A DNA stretch of 64,000 nt from Alphaproteobacteria bacterium (GTDB taxonomy: Bacteria; Pseudomonadota; Alphaproteobacteria; SMXQ01). Location of the stretch: assembly GCA_038131655.1 (NCBI GenBank), contig JAYPPT010000004.1:56767-120766 (forward strand), in the 5' to 3' direction. The translations under genes were made by a program, and so were the position numbers. Positions 10,988 to 21,588 of the stretch are shown here, in pieces. Under the pieces are notes generated by a model. That model was given only the letters and a program-made list of their open reading frames with translations, did no database searches and was not told where the DNA came from. Each line of letters begins with the position of its first letter. Position 1 is the first letter of the stretch.

Positions 10988-12075
10988 GGCATGTCGTCTC
11001 CCTCGGTGCCGTCGAGCAGGCGCAACTGGCGCGCCCCCTTCGGCGGGGCAAGCCCGATGTGGCGCCAGCCGCCATCGGTCAGCACCCGGCCGCGCGGGGT
11101 GCGCTGCAAAAGTCCCTGCTGCAGCAAATAGGGCTCGATCACTTCTTCGATGGCATCGCGCTGTTCGGACAGGGCCGCCGCCAGGGTTTCAACCCCGACC
11201 GGGCCGCCGCCGTAATGTTCCGCCAGCGCCAGCAGGTACCGCCGGTCCAGCGCGTCGAGACCGCGCCCATCCACTTCCAGCCGGTTGAGCGCCGTATCGG
11301 CAATGGCGGCATCCACGACCTTGGCATCGGCGACACTGGCGAAGTCGCGCACGCGGCGCAGCAGACGCCCGGCCACACGCGGTGTGCCGCGAGCCCGGCG
11401 CGCGATTTCATGGGCGCCATCGTCGGCAAGATTGAGACCGAGAATGCCCGCGCCGCGCCGCACGATCTTTTCCAGGTCGGCAACGTCATAGAAGTCGAGC
11501 CGCAACGGAATACCGAAACGATCGCGCAGCGGCGTCGTCACCAGGCCGGTGCGCGTGGTTGCGCCGACCAGGGTAAAGGGCGCCAGTTCGATCCGCACAC
11601 TGCGCGCGGCCGGACCCTCACCGATGATGAGATCGAGTTCGAAATCCACCATCGCTGGGTAGAGAATTTCCTCGATCGCCGGTTGCAGCCGATGAATTTC
11701 ATCGATGAACAGCACGTCGCGCGGTTGCAGGTTGGTCAGCAGCGCCGCCAGGTCACCCGCCCGCGCGATCACCGGACCCGATGTTGCGTGAAAACCCACC
11801 CCCAGTTCGCGCGCCACGATCCGCGCCAGGGTGGTCTTGCCAAGACCGGGCGGCCCCGACAACAGAACGTGATCCAGCGCATCGCCGCGCTTGCGCGCAG
11901 CGGCGACGAACACGGCAAGGTTTTCACACACCCGCGCCTGACCGGTGAAATCGGCGAGCCGTTCGGGACGCATCGCGTCGTCGCCGTCGCCCTGGGCCGC
12001 GCCGTCTATGATGCGTTCGTCCTTGATGTCCTTGCCGCCGGTCATCGCTTCATCCGCCTCAGGCCGCCGCGCCAA
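10984..12075 (-). CDS. ruvB: Holliday junction branch migration DNA helicase RuvB (start may be the internal ATG at 12045)
   Basis: 363 aa with [14 protein letters not shown] (Walker A), [10 protein letters not shown] (Walker B) and [16 protein letters not shown]. Confidence 0.95.
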   Translation of the reverse strand: MARRPEADEAMTGGKDIKDERIIDGAAQGDGDDAMRPERLADFTGQARVCENLAVFVAAARKRGDALDHVLLSGPPGLGKTTLARIVARELGVGFHATSGPVIARAGDLAALLTNLQPRDVLFIDEIHRLQPAIEEILYPAMVDFELDLIIGEGPAARSVRIELAPFTLVGATTRTGLVTTPLRDRFGIPLRLDFYDVADLEKIVRRGAGILGLNLADDGAHEIARRARGTPRVAGRLLRRVRDFASVADAKVVDAAIADTALNRLEVDGRGLDALDRRYLLALAEHYGGGPVGVETLAAALSEQRDAIEEVIEPYLLQQGLLQRTPRGRVLTDGGWRHIGLAPPKGARQLRLLDGTEGDDMP

Positions 12076-12703
12076 GCCGGGCGAGACCGGCCCGGATCAG
12101 CACATCGATACGCACATCGTCACCCAGTTCGTGGGCCGCCTCGATCACCGCGCCATAGGCTTCGGTCCGGCCATAGCCGAGATTGACCAGCGCCGACACC
12201 GCGTCGCCGACCAACCGTTCAGCCGCATCCGCATCGGTCGCCTTGGCGGTCTTCTTGCCCTTGCCCTTGGTTTCCTCCGGCGCCGCCGGGCCAAGGGCGA
12301 TGGCGCCCGCCTTGTCCTTCAATTCTATGGCGATGCGCGCCGCCAGCTTGGGCCCGACCCCGCTGGCGCGGCCGAGCGCCGCCTTGTCCTGGGCCGCGAT
12401 GGCGCGGGCGAGATCCCCCGGCGCCAGCGCCGACAGGATGGCCAGGGCGACACGCGCACCGACGCCCTGCACCGTGGTCAGCAGGCGAAACCAGGCGCGT
12501 TCGATCTCGGTGGAGAAGCCGTAAAGATGGATGTGATCTTCACGCACATGGGTCTCGATGCGCAGGCTCACCGCCTCGCCCGCACGCGGTAGCGCCGATA
12601 GGGTGCGCAACGAACAGAACACCAGGTAGCCGACACCGGACACGTCAATGACGGCGCTGTCGTCGCCGACGTGATCCACGAGACCGCGCAGCGCCGCGAT
12701 CAT
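12059..12703 (-). CDS. ruvA: Holliday junction branch migration protein RuvA
   Basis: 214 aa with N-terminus MIAALRGLV...VGYLVFCS and HhH region [18 protein letters not shown]. It lies between ruvC and ruvB. Confidence 0.9.
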   Translation of the reverse strand: MIAALRGLVDHVGDDSAVIDVSGVGYLVFCSLRTLSALPRAGEAVSLRIETHVREDHIHLYGFSTEIERAWFRLLTTVQGVGARVALAILSALAPGDLARAIAAQDKAALGRASGVGPKLAARIAIELKDKAGAIALGPAAPEETKGKGKKTAKATDADAAERLVGDAVSALVNLGYGRTEAYGAVIEAAHELGDDVRIDVLIRAGLARLGAAA

Positions 12704-13242
12704 CGTGCGCCCGCGGCCGCGGCGGCGGCTTCACGCACGCGCGCGGAAGTCGCGGCGACATGCGCATGGCAAATGGCAACGGCGAGCGCATCGGCGGCAT
12801 CTTCGCCGGCGATCTCGGCCTGGGGCAGCAGCGTCTTGACCATCATCATCACCTGGTTCTTGGCGGCGTGACCGGCGCCGACGACGGACTTCTTGACATG
12901 GTTGGCGGCGTATTCCGCCACATCCAGCCCGGCACGGGCGGGCGCCAGCAGCACCACGCCGCGCGCCAGGCCCAGGCGCAATGCACTTTGCGGATTGCGA
13001 TTGACAAAAGTTTCCTCGATCGCGGCGCTGAGCGGCGCAAATTCCGCGATCACATCGCTGATGCCGCCATAAAGGGTGCTCAGACGCACGCCGATCGCGG
13101 CGTCGGCGCGGGTGCGCACGATGCCGTTGGCGACATGGCGCAAACGCCCCTCTGTCGCCTCGATAATGCCCCAGCCGGTCTTACCCAGGCCGGGATCGAG
13201 GCCGATCAGCCTCATGGCCGGGCGAGCTCCCGCCACGGGCAT
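12700..13242 (-). CDS. ruvC: crossover junction endodeoxyribonuclease RuvC
   Basis: 180 aa with [17 protein letters not shown] (catalytic Asp region) and [12 protein letters not shown] at the C-terminus. Confidence 0.9.
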   Translation of the reverse strand: MPVAGARPAMRLIGLDPGLGKTGWGIIEATEGRLRHVANGIVRTRADAAIGVRLSTLYGGISDVIAEFAPLSAAIEETFVNRNPQSALRLGLARGVVLLAPARAGLDVAEYAANHVKKSVVGAGHAAKNQVMMMVKTLLPQAEIAGEDAADALAVAICHAHVAATSARVREAAAAAAGAR

Positions 13243-13263
13243 GAAGCGAACCGGCGCGATTCG

Positions 13264-14010
13264 TCAGGCACCGAGTTTCTCCATGATCTCGTCGGACACG
13301 TCGAGGTTGGTGGAAACCGAACGCACGTCGTCATTGTCCTCCAGTGTTTCAATCAGGCTCATCATCGTGCGCGCCAGGTCTTCATCCACGGGAACGGTGA
13401 CACTCGGCTTCCAGGTCAGCCCCGCATTTTCAGGATCGCCGAACTTTTCCTTCAGGCCGTCGCAGACGCGTGCGAAATCATCCGGCGCGGTGACGATCTC
13501 ATGCCCGTCGCTATCGGACACGACATCTTCCGCACCCGCTTCCAGCGCGGCTTCAAAGATTTCGTCATCCTTCGCGGTGTCAGCCGCGTAACGGATCGAA
13601 CCGACACGGCGAAACTGAAACGCCACCGAACCTGATTCACCGAGATTACCGCCATGCTTGGTGAAGATGGCGCGCACTTCCGATGCGGTGCGATTGCGGT
13701 TGTCGGTCAGCGCATCGACGATGACCGCGACGCCACCGGGCCCGTATCCTTCGTAGGCAATCTCCGTGTAATCCGCCCCGTCGGCCCCGCCCGAGCCGCG
13801 CGCGATGGCGCGCTCGATATTGTCCTTGGGCATGTTGTTGCTCTTGGCCAGCGCAATGGCCGCACGCAATGCCGGATTGAATTCCGGCTCGGCACCGGAT
13901 TTGGCGGCAACGGTCAGTTCGCGCCCGATCTTGGTGAAAAGCTTGGCGCGCTTGGCGTCCTGCGCGCCCTTTCGAAACATGATGTTCTTGAATTGGGAAT
14001 GCCCGGCCAT
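13264..14010 (-). CDS. yebC: YebC/PmpR family DNA-binding transcriptional regulator
   Basis: Trimmed to the internal ATG giving MAGHSQFKNIMFRKGAQDAKRAKLFTK, the family-typical N-terminus. The track ORF 13264..14070 carries a 20-aa upstream extension. Confidence 0.85.
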   Translation of the reverse strand: MAGHSQFKNIMFRKGAQDAKRAKLFTKIGRELTVAAKSGAEPEFNPALRAAIALAKSNNMPKDNIERAIARGSGGADGADYTEIAYEGYGPGGVAVIVDALTDNRNRTASEVRAIFTKHGGNLGESGSVAFQFRRVGSIRYAADTAKDDEIFEAALEAGAEDVVSDSDGHEIVTAPDDFARVCDGLKEKFGDPENAGLTWKPSVTVPVDEDLARTMMSLIETLEDNDDVRSVSTNLDVSDEIMEKLGA

Positions 14011-14326
14011 GGCAGTGAAAAACCTAGGTTCTGATGAATCGGAGGCTCCTTTTACCACATGTTGTGGCAAAAGGCACCAGAACTGCCTTCGTTATCAAGG
14101 GAATATGACCGATTTCGGGCGCCCGCCCCCGCATTTTCGTTAACCCTATGTTTACGAAGATAATCTAGATACCTGCACCTATTGTAAAACGCTTTCAGTA
14201 ATACGCTTCTTCAATTAGGCGCCAACTGAAAGCACGAAACGGTTCCGGTCTGTGCGATGTCGCCCCAGAGCATCGAATAGGCCCTCCCCGGTCGGCGTTG
14301 CCCCAGAGCACCGGTCGGCCCAAAGG

Positions 14327-14361
14327 AGAGGCGGCGCCAAAAGCGTCGCCTCTTTCTTTTT
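14327..14361 (+). terminator. strong intrinsic terminator oriented on the plus strand with no annotated plus-strand gene upstream
   Basis: 11-bp stem agaggcggcgc/gcgtcgcctct (one G-U pair), loop caaaa, followed by ttctttttc. It lies 3 nt from the ymdB-like stop, but the U-tract is on the opposite (plus) strand. Confidence 0.6.
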
Positions 14362-14364
14362 CGG

Positions 14365-15174
14365 CTAGGGCCGGGTCGGGGCCAGGCGGCCGCCGAGGCG
14401 CACCGGCGCGACACGGACCGCGCGCCCGGTGGCATCATCGGTTTCGCAATAAACCGCGCAGAACGTACCCTCGCCCATCGCCGGCGACAGGCGTTCTATG
14501 CGCATCCGCGTCACGAAACGGGCGATGGCTTCGTCCTTTTCCATGCCGATGACCGAATTGTAATCGCCGCACATGCCCGCATCGGTCTGGTACGCGGTGC
14601 CGCCGGGCAGGATCTGCGCGTCCGCCGTCGGGATATGGGAATGACTGCCCACCGCCAGCGAGGCACGCCCATCGACGCTGTGCGCCAGCGCCATTTTCTC
14701 GCTCGAGGCTTCGCCGTGAATATCAACAATCACCGCGTCCACGCTCTTGCCCAGTTCGTGATCCGCCAGCGCCGCATCCACGGCACGGAACGGATCGTCC
14801 AGCGCCTCCATGAACAGGCGCAGCATGACCTGCACCACCAGAACTTCGCGGCCCGAAGCGGTACGCACCAGCGCCGCGCCGCGTCCCGGCGTGCCCGGCG
14901 GGTAGTTCGCCGGGCGCAGGATGCGCGCATCGCTGTCCATGTAGGGAATGATCTCACGCTGGTCGAAAGCATGGTTGCCGGTGGTGATGATATCGACCCC
15001 GGCGTCGTGCAGCTCGGTAGCGATCTTGGGCGTGATGCCGAAACCGGCGGCGGCGTTTTCGCCGCAGGCGACAACGAAATCGAGACTCAGGTCATCGCGC
15101 AATTCCGGCAGGTGACGCTTCACCGCCGTGCGCCCGGCGCGTCCCAGGATATCGCCGCAATACAACAGTTTCAT
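14365..15174 (-). CDS. YmdB-like metallophosphoesterase (TIGR00282 family, 2',3'-cyclic-nucleotide 2'-phosphodiesterase)
   Basis: 269 aa with MKLLYCGDILGRAGR..., GENAAAGFGIT and TGNHAFDQ motifs typical of the YmdB family. Confidence 0.8.
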   Translation of the reverse strand: MKLLYCGDILGRAGRTAVKRHLPELRDDLSLDFVVACGENAAAGFGITPKIATELHDAGVDIITTGNHAFDQREIIPYMDSDARILRPANYPPGTPGRGAALVRTASGREVLVVQVMLRLFMEALDDPFRAVDAALADHELGKSVDAVIVDIHGEASSEKMALAHSVDGRASLAVGSHSHIPTADAQILPGGTAYQTDAGMCGDYNSVIGMEKDEAIARFVTRMRIERLSPAMGEGTFCAVYCETDDATGRAVRVAPVRLGGRLAPTRP

Positions 15175-15761
15175 GCTTCGCCCTTTTCGCCGAACCGCTC
15201 GACACCGAGCTCCGTCAGCACCGCATCGAGGCGCTGATCATGCTTACCGGCGGGCAGGCTGTCCACCCGTTGATCGGAATAGGCGATGCCGATCACCATC
15301 ACGGGCCGCGCCGCGCGCAGGGCCGCCAGCGTGCGATCGTAAAAACCGCCGCCGTATCCGAGCCGGTGCCCCGATGCGTCATAGGCCAGCAACGGCACCA
15401 GCACGATGTCGGGTTCGATCACCGGCGCCGTGGCAACGGGTTCGGGAATGTTCTGATAGCCCACGTCCAGCGCATCGCCCGGCACCCAGGCGTGAAAACG
15501 GAGCGCCGACCCCGGCGCCACCACGCGCGGCAGGCCGACGCCATGCCCGCGTTCATGCAGCGCCGTCAGCAGGGGATCGATGTCGGCTTCCTCGCCGATG
15601 GCGTGATAGCCCGCCACCACCGCCGCGCCGGGCAGGGAAAATACCTGCATGAAATTGGCCCGCAAAACCGGACCGATGCGCGCGCCGAAACGCGCATGGG
15701 CGGCACGGCGCCGCGCCCGGGCGCGGATCCTGATGTCGTCTTTTTGGGGATCGGCGGGCAC
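15171..15761 (-). CDS. 5-formyltetrahydrofolate cyclo-ligase
   Basis: 196 aa, GTG start. C-terminal LGYGGGFYDRTL motif. The zapA / 6S RNA / cyclo-ligase synteny matches the E. coli zapA-ssrS-ygfA arrangement. Confidence 0.8.
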   Translation of the reverse strand: MPADPQKDDIRIRARARRRAAHARFGARIGPVLRANFMQVFSLPGAAVVAGYHAIGEEADIDPLLTALHERGHGVGLPRVVAPGSALRFHAWVPGDALDVGYQNIPEPVATAPVIEPDIVLVPLLAYDASGHRLGYGGGFYDRTLAALRAARPVMVIGIAYSDQRVDSLPAGKHDQRLDAVLTELGVERFGEKGEA

Positions 15762-15774
15762 GGGCGGACTTTCT

Positions 15775-15950
15775 TATCGGGAATACAAGAGCGGAACGGA
15801 CGCCACCCCGCCGTCGGCCGGTAATATCCTCTGTGGCCCTCATCTGTAAGGTGGGCGCCATATACCGGGACCTCGATCCCGGCAGGGACAGCTCCCGAGG
15901 GCTAGAGTAACGGCCCCAGGGATAAAGTGGCCTAACGAGCGACGCAGCGC
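15775..15950 (-). ncRNA. ssrS: probable 6S RNA (ends +/- 15 nt)
   Basis: A 204-nt non-coding gap lies between the zapA stop (15966) and the cyclo-ligase start (15761), the conserved ssrS position. By hand the minus-strand RNA folds as an extended hairpin. UAUCCCUGGGGCC pairs with GGCCACAGAGGAUA, an apical hairpin CCGGGA-ucgagg-UCCCGG forms, and large internal loops remain. Not verified with a covariance model. Confidence 0.5.
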
Positions 15951-15965
15951 CCGCCCACCCCCTGT

Positions 15966-16325
15966 TTAGGCGCGTTCAAGCCCTTCGGCAATGCCCTCGA
16001 TGCGCCGGGCAAGCGCGCGAATGCTTTCGACAGCGGCCGAATCCGCCGCCTCACCGGCGCCATTGGCGCCCTCACCCTGCCCCCCGACACCGGCGGCGCC
16101 TTCGCGGATGTTCTCCAACTCGCCATAGGCTTCGGACAATTCGTCGGTCAGCATCAGGGCCGCCATAACCAGAAGCCGCGTGTCGCCGACCTGACCGACC
16201 TGACCGGCCAGCTCGGCCACCTTTTTTTCGACGTAGCGCCCGAGCCGGGTGACGTGCTCTTCCTGGCCGTCGTCGCAGGCGACCTCGTAGGAACGGCCGT
16301 TGATGGTTACGGTGATCTGGGCCAT
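15966..16325 (-). CDS. zapA: cell division protein ZapA
   Basis: 119 aa. MAQITVTINGRSYEVACDDGQEEHV...LLVMAALMLTDEL matches the ZapA family pattern. Confidence 0.8.
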   Translation of the reverse strand: MAQITVTINGRSYEVACDDGQEEHVTRLGRYVEKKVAELAGQVGQVGDTRLLVMAALMLTDELSEAYGELENIREGAAGVGGQGEGANGAGEAADSAAVESIRALARRIEGIAEGLERA

Positions 16326-16338
16326 GGCCTCCGCTCCC

Positions 16339-16560
16339 TCAGGCCCCGGTTTCGAGGGCGGACTTCAGCCGCCCGATAGCGGCATCCAGCCGGCCGGAAA
16401 CCGTTTCGGCGACCTGGCGCAGGTTTTTGGTTTCAGCCCGCGCATCCGCCAGGGCGCGTTCCAGCGCCGCGTCGTCGCCGCGGGTCGCCAGGGCCTGCTC
16501 AAGCCGTGAAATCGCCTGTTCCAACTGCTCTCTTGCGGTCGCGAGTTCGCTCATATCCAC
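16339..16560 (-). CDS. DUF4164-type coiled-coil protein (ZapB-like) found upstream of zapA in alphaproteobacteria
   Basis: 73-aa Ala/Leu/Glu-rich coiled-coil ORF in the same orientation, 13 nt upstream of zapA. Confidence 0.55.
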   Translation of the reverse strand: MDMSELATAREQLEQAISRLEQALATRGDDAALERALADARAETKNLRQVAETVSGRLDAAIGRLKSALETGA

Positions 16561-16629
16561 TCCAGAATTACGGGCACTTCCTCACCATAAAACCCGGTCG
16601 CGGCCAAAGCAACGCCCGTCACCGGCGGC

Positions 16630-17324
<695 letters not shown>

Positions 17325-17328
<4 letters not shown>

Positions 17329-18584
17329 TGCCCGCCCCGCAGGATGACGACGGGATCGAGGTCCGCCGCGTGGCGTGCGGGCAGGTAGGCCGCCAGCGTC
17401 GCCGTCGCCACCGCCATGGCGCCGGAAATGGCGTAATGCCCCCACCAGCGTTCCAGCACGAAGCCCTTGAGGGTGGCGATCAGGTCCATTTCGAAACGCA
17501 CCTGAGCCATCATTTCGATCAGCCCGAAGCCAAGCACCCAACCCAGCATCGCGCCCACCCCGCCAAGGGCCATGCCTTCAAAGACGAACACAAGGCGCAA
17601 ATCGCGTTCATGGAAGCCGATGGATTTCAGGATGGCGATGTCGCGGCTCTTTTCATGGATGACGGTGGAAATAATGTTGAAAATGCCGAACCCGGCGACG
17701 ATCAGGATGGTGGACACCACCGAAAACATGATGGCGCGCTGAACCACGAACAGGCCGAGGACTTCCTCGTTGGCTTCTTCCCATGATTCCGTGCGGTACC
17801 CGTGCAGCCGTTCGATCTGCAACGCCATGTCACCGGCCCGCGTCACATCGTCGAGACGCATGTTGATGCGGTTGACCACGTTGGGACGGCCTTCCAGCAC
17901 CTGCACCTTTTTCAAAAGCGCGTAAGCCTGGAACGAATCGATATTGGTGATGCCCGTGCGCAAAAGGCCCGCCACCTTCATCCGCAGCACGGCACCCGTG
18001 GGTGAAACAACGCTCAGCGTATCGTGCATGCCGATGCCGAGCTTGCGCGCGATCCCCACCCCCAGGATGATGCCGTTGGCCGTGGTCTTGAGCGCGCCGA
18101 GGGTGCCCGCCGTCAAATCCCCCTCGATGGTGCTGACCTGGCGCTCGAGGTCCGGCTCGATGCCGATCAGGGTGGCGGAAATATCGGTAGAGCCGAAACG
18201 CAGGATAGCCTGGCCGCGCAGGCTGGGCGCGGCGCGCAGGCCCGGCAGCGCCTGCACCGAGGCCAGCCTTGCGCCGGGATTGCGGATGCCGCGCAGTTCC
18301 TGCTTGGGCCGCAGGCCCGCGATGGCCACCACGGCCCCCGGATTGGCTTGCAAGACCGGTTGGGCGGGCGGGTTGCGAAACTCGTCGAGCATCGACACAT
18401 GGGGCGAGACATCGATGATGCGGCGAATGAAATCGTTCTGGAACCCAAGCATCATCGCCGAAATCGCGACATAGGCGCCGACGCCCATCATGACGCCGAA
18501 AATCGACACCGCCGTTTGCCGGGGCCGGCGCCGCAGATGCGACCAGCACATGTCCCACAGCAGACGCAACGCCGCGGGCTTCAT
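17325..18584 (-). CDS. ABC transporter permease, FtsX/MacB/LolC-like
   Basis: 419 aa. It has an N-terminal TM segment, a large periplasmic domain and a C-terminal FtsX-type 3-TM bundle (ILKSIGF motif). Confidence 0.85.
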
Positions 18585-18585
18585 G

Positions 18586-19596
18586 TCAGGGACCCCGGGT
18601 GATGCGGACCCGCGCGCCTTCGGCCAGCCCCTCCGGCGGCGCGTCGATCACCGCATAGCCGGGTTTCAGCCCGTCGCGCACTTCCACCGTCGCTGTTCCC
18701 TTGGCGCCAAGGGTTACCGGCAACTTGTGCACCCGGCCCTCGCGCACCTGCCAGACGATATCGCCCGCACCGCCCAACGCCGTCACCGGGATCAGCACCG
18801 CCGCATCGGTTTCGCGCACCACGATATTGGCTTCCACCGTCATGCCGATCAGAAGCGGCGTGTCTCCCGGCAGCGCCAGGCGCACGCGGTAGCTTTTCGT
18901 CACCGGATCGCCCTTGGGCGTGATTTCGGCCACGGTGGCGCCAAGGGCGCGGCCGGGAAAGGCATCGGCCTTGATTAGCACCTTCTGGCCGACGGCCACG
19001 CGGGGAATGTCTTCTTCATCGACCTCGGCCTCGGCGCGGAGCGGGCGCGGCTTGCCGACCCAGAACAGGGCGCGTTCGGGGCCCACGGTCTCGCCGATTT
19101 CGCCGTCGCGGCGCAGCACGATGCCGTCGAGCGGTGCGCGCAGGATCAGGTCGTCCAGCAGATGCCGCGCCTGGGCCAGCGCGGCGCGGGCCTGTTTCAG
19201 TTCGCTTTCGGTGCGTTCCAGGGACTGGCGCGACGAATAACCTTCCCGCGCCAGCGGCCGCAGGCGGTTGACGTCGGCGCGCAACTGCTCGATCCGGGCG
19301 TTCAGTTCCCGGATCCGCGCCCGCGCCGCGCCATCGTCGAGCCGCGCCAGCTCGGCGCCCGCCTTGACCGTGTCGCCTTCGCGCGCGGCGATGCTCTTGA
19401 TCCGCCCGACGCCGATAGCGCTGACCCGACCCCAATGTACCGGCTCGACCACGGCGGTGGCGTAAACCGCCTCGACCGCCCGGCCCGTCTTGGCCGCGAC
19501 CACGGTGACGGCGGGCCCGGCCAGGCGCGGCCACAGCAACAGCCCGGCGCCGGTAACGGCGGCGGCCAGCAGCAGGATCGTCAAAATGCGCTTCAT
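18586..19596 (-). CDS. efflux periplasmic adaptor (HlyD/MFP family)
   Basis: 336 aa with a signal/anchor MKRILTILLLAAAV, a coiled-coil hairpin region and a beta-barrel C-terminus. It is the first gene of the three-gene efflux operon. Confidence 0.8.
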   Translation of the reverse strand: MKRILTILLLAAAVTGAGLLLWPRLAGPAVTVVAAKTGRAVEAVYATAVVEPVHWGRVSAIGVGRIKSIAAREGDTVKAGAELARLDDGAARARIRELNARIEQLRADVNRLRPLAREGYSSRQSLERTESELKQARAALAQARHLLDDLILRAPLDGIVLRRDGEIGETVGPERALFWVGKPRPLRAEAEVDEEDIPRVAVGQKVLIKADAFPGRALGATVAEITPKGDPVTKSYRVRLALPGDTPLLIGMTVEANIVVRETDAAVLIPVTALGGAGDIVWQVREGRVHKLPVTLGAKGTATVEVRDGLKPGYAVIDAPPEGLAEGARVRITRGP

Positions 19597-19672
19597 GGTT
19601 CAAGATAGGCGCCGCTCCGCCGCGCTGTCAAAGCGCACGGGACCACGAACAAACCGTAATGGCCCCGCCCCG

Positions 19673-20119
19673 ATGGCAAAAACCCGAAAGACACCCGCCT
19701 TCATCGTCCATGACCTGGCCCAGGCCCGCGCCGCGCTGGCGGCGGCGGCGGCGGCGGACATTCCCGTGCGGATCGAAAGCGCGCCCGGTGCCGCCCTGCA
19801 AGGTGGCGCCGCCTGGTTCTGCGCGCTGATGACGGCGGCCACGGAAGCGGAACCCGGCGCGAAGGCCCAATGGGTGCTTGATTGCGGGGCCGAGGCCGGC
19901 GCGGCACTCGGCGCCCTGCGCGAAGGGATGCCCGCCATTCGCACCCGCGTGCCTGCCCGTGCGCGGGTGCCGCTGGCGGCGCTGGCCGGGCGCTACGGGG
20001 CCCGGTTTTACGAAGGCGCCCTGCGCGGGGCCTGCGATCTCGGCCCGGAGCCGGACCCGGCGGCGGCGGCGGCGCGCTTCCTCGCCCGCCGGGGGGCCAA
20101 AAAGGACACTCGCGCCTGA
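19673..20119 (+). CDS. hypothetical Ala-rich protein, no recognisable domain
   Basis: An internal ATG of track ORF 19490..20119 avoids overlap with the divergent adaptor gene. It is the only sizeable plus-strand ORF in this gap. Coding status is not proven. Confidence 0.4.
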   Translation: MAKTRKTPAFIVHDLAQARAALAAAAAADIPVRIESAPGAALQGGAAWFCALMTAATEAEPGAKAQWVLDCGAEAGAALGALREGMPAIRTRVPARARVPLAALAGRYGARFYEGALRGACDLGPEPDPAAAAARFLARRGAKKDTRA

Positions 20120-20215
20120 TTGCAAAAACGCCCCCGCTCCTTTATTCCTGAGGGCTGTTCCGCGACAGCGGCGATGCCCGGAACGGGTCCAATCCTCAGG
20201 GGGAAAAAGCAGGCG

Positions 20216-21145
20216 ATGAAGATCACCCAGCGCGTCAAAAAGATACTCGACAACTATGAAAGCGACAGTCCCGGCACCAAGGCCAACCTTGCCCGTATCC
20301 TGATGAACGGGCGGCTCGGCGGCACCGGCAAGCTGGTGATCCTGCCCGTGGACCAGGGTTTCGAACACGGCCCCGCGCGCTCCTTCGCCCCCAACCCCGA
20401 TGCCTACGACCCGCATTACCATTTCAAGCTGGCGATCGACGCGGGGCTTTCGGCCTACGCCGCCCCCCTCGGCATGATCGAGGCGGGTGCCGACAGCTTC
20501 GCCGGTGCCGTACCGACCATTCTCAAGGTGAACTCAAGCAACTCGCTGGCGCGCTTCAAGGAAGACGCCAACCAGGCGGTGACCGGCTCCATTGGCGATG
20601 CGCTGCGCCTCGGCTGCTCGGCCATCGGGTTGACCATCTATCCCGGCTCCGACGCCGCCTTCGACATGATGGAAGAAGCCCGCGAACTGGCGGAAGAAGC
20701 CAAGTCCGTCGGCCTTGCCGTGGTCATGTGGTCGTACCCGCGCGGCGGCGACCTGTCGAAGGCCGGCGAAACCGCCTTCGACATCTGCGCCTACGCCGCC
20801 CACATGGCGGCGCTGCTGGGCGCACACATCATCAAGGTCAAGCCGCCGACCGATGCGCTGGAACTCGATGCCGCCAAGAAGGTTTACGAGGAGCGCAAGA
20901 TTCCCAGCGCCACCCTGGCCGAACGCGTTGCCCACGTGGTCCAGTCGTCGTTCAACGGGCGCCGCCTGGTGGTGTTCTCCGGCGGTGAGGCCAAGGGCCT
21001 CGACGGCCTGATGAACGAAGTGCGCGGCATTCGCGACGGCGGCGGCACCGGCTCGATCATCGGGCGCAACACCTTCCAGCGCCCGCGCGAAGAAGCGCTG
21101 GCGATGCTGGACCAGATCATCAAGATCTATCAAGGCAAGGCATAG
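20216..21145 (+). CDS. fbaB: class I fructose-bisphosphate aldolase (FbaB/DhnA family)
   Basis: Trimmed to MKITQRVKKILDNYESDSPGTKANLARILMNGRLGGTGKLVILPVDQGFEHGP, which closely resembles the E. coli FbaB region [20 protein letters not shown]. A purine-rich SD lies upstream. Confidence 0.85.
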   Translation: MKITQRVKKILDNYESDSPGTKANLARILMNGRLGGTGKLVILPVDQGFEHGPARSFAPNPDAYDPHYHFKLAIDAGLSAYAAPLGMIEAGADSFAGAVPTILKVNSSNSLARFKEDANQAVTGSIGDALRLGCSAIGLTIYPGSDAAFDMMEEARELAEEAKSVGLAVVMWSYPRGGDLSKAGETAFDICAYAAHMAALLGAHIIKVKPPTDALELDAAKKVYEERKIPSATLAERVAHVVQSSFNGRRLVVFSGGEAKGLDGLMNEVRGIRDGGGTGSIIGRNTFQRPREEALAMLDQIIKIYQGKA

Positions 21146-21155
21146 GGAGAAAATC

Positions 21156-21584
21156 ATGGGCACCCTGATCAAACGCGTCGATCACCTCAACGTGCAGGTT
21201 CCGCCCGAAAAGGAGGAGGAGGCCAAGCTGTTCTACAAGGACCTGCTTGGCCTCACGCCGCTGAAGAAGCCCGACAGCCTGGGCCCGGCGGGGCAGCATT
21301 TCTGCATTTCCGAAGACCCCTATTACGAACTGCACCTCGGCGTCGCGCGCGGCACCACACAGGCCGACGTGAACAAGAACCTGCGCAATCATCTGGGCTT
21401 TCAGGTGGACGACCTGGCGGAAGCGCGCAAGCGGTTCGAGGCAGCGGGTGTGGAGGTCGAGGAGGCCGAGGCCGCCTATTCCGAGGAACGCGGCTTCCAC
21501 CAGGACCGCTTCTTCGTGCGTGACCCCGGCGGCAACCGGCTGGAGATTCTGGAACCGCGCCGTCCCTATTCCAGCGCGCACTAG
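21156..21584 (+). CDS. VOC (glyoxalase/bleomycin-resistance/dioxygenase) family protein
   Basis: 142 aa with [10 protein letters not shown]...HLGFQVDD...[15 protein letters not shown], the typical paired beta-alpha-beta-beta-beta module pattern. Confidence 0.65.
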   Translation: MGTLIKRVDHLNVQVPPEKEEEAKLFYKDLLGLTPLKKPDSLGPAGQHFCISEDPYYELHLGVARGTTQADVNKNLRNHLGFQVDDLAEARKRFEAAGVEVEEAEAAYSEERGFHQDRFFVRDPGGNRLEILEPRRPYSSAH

Positions 21585-21588
21585 GCGC

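Noticed and set aside
15762-15790. GAAAGUCCG-like string reminiscent of the RNase P RNA conserved motif
   Set aside because: It is only a 9-nt match adjoining the cyclo-ligase start codon. No other RNase P conserved regions are present. The locus fits 6S RNA by synteny instead.
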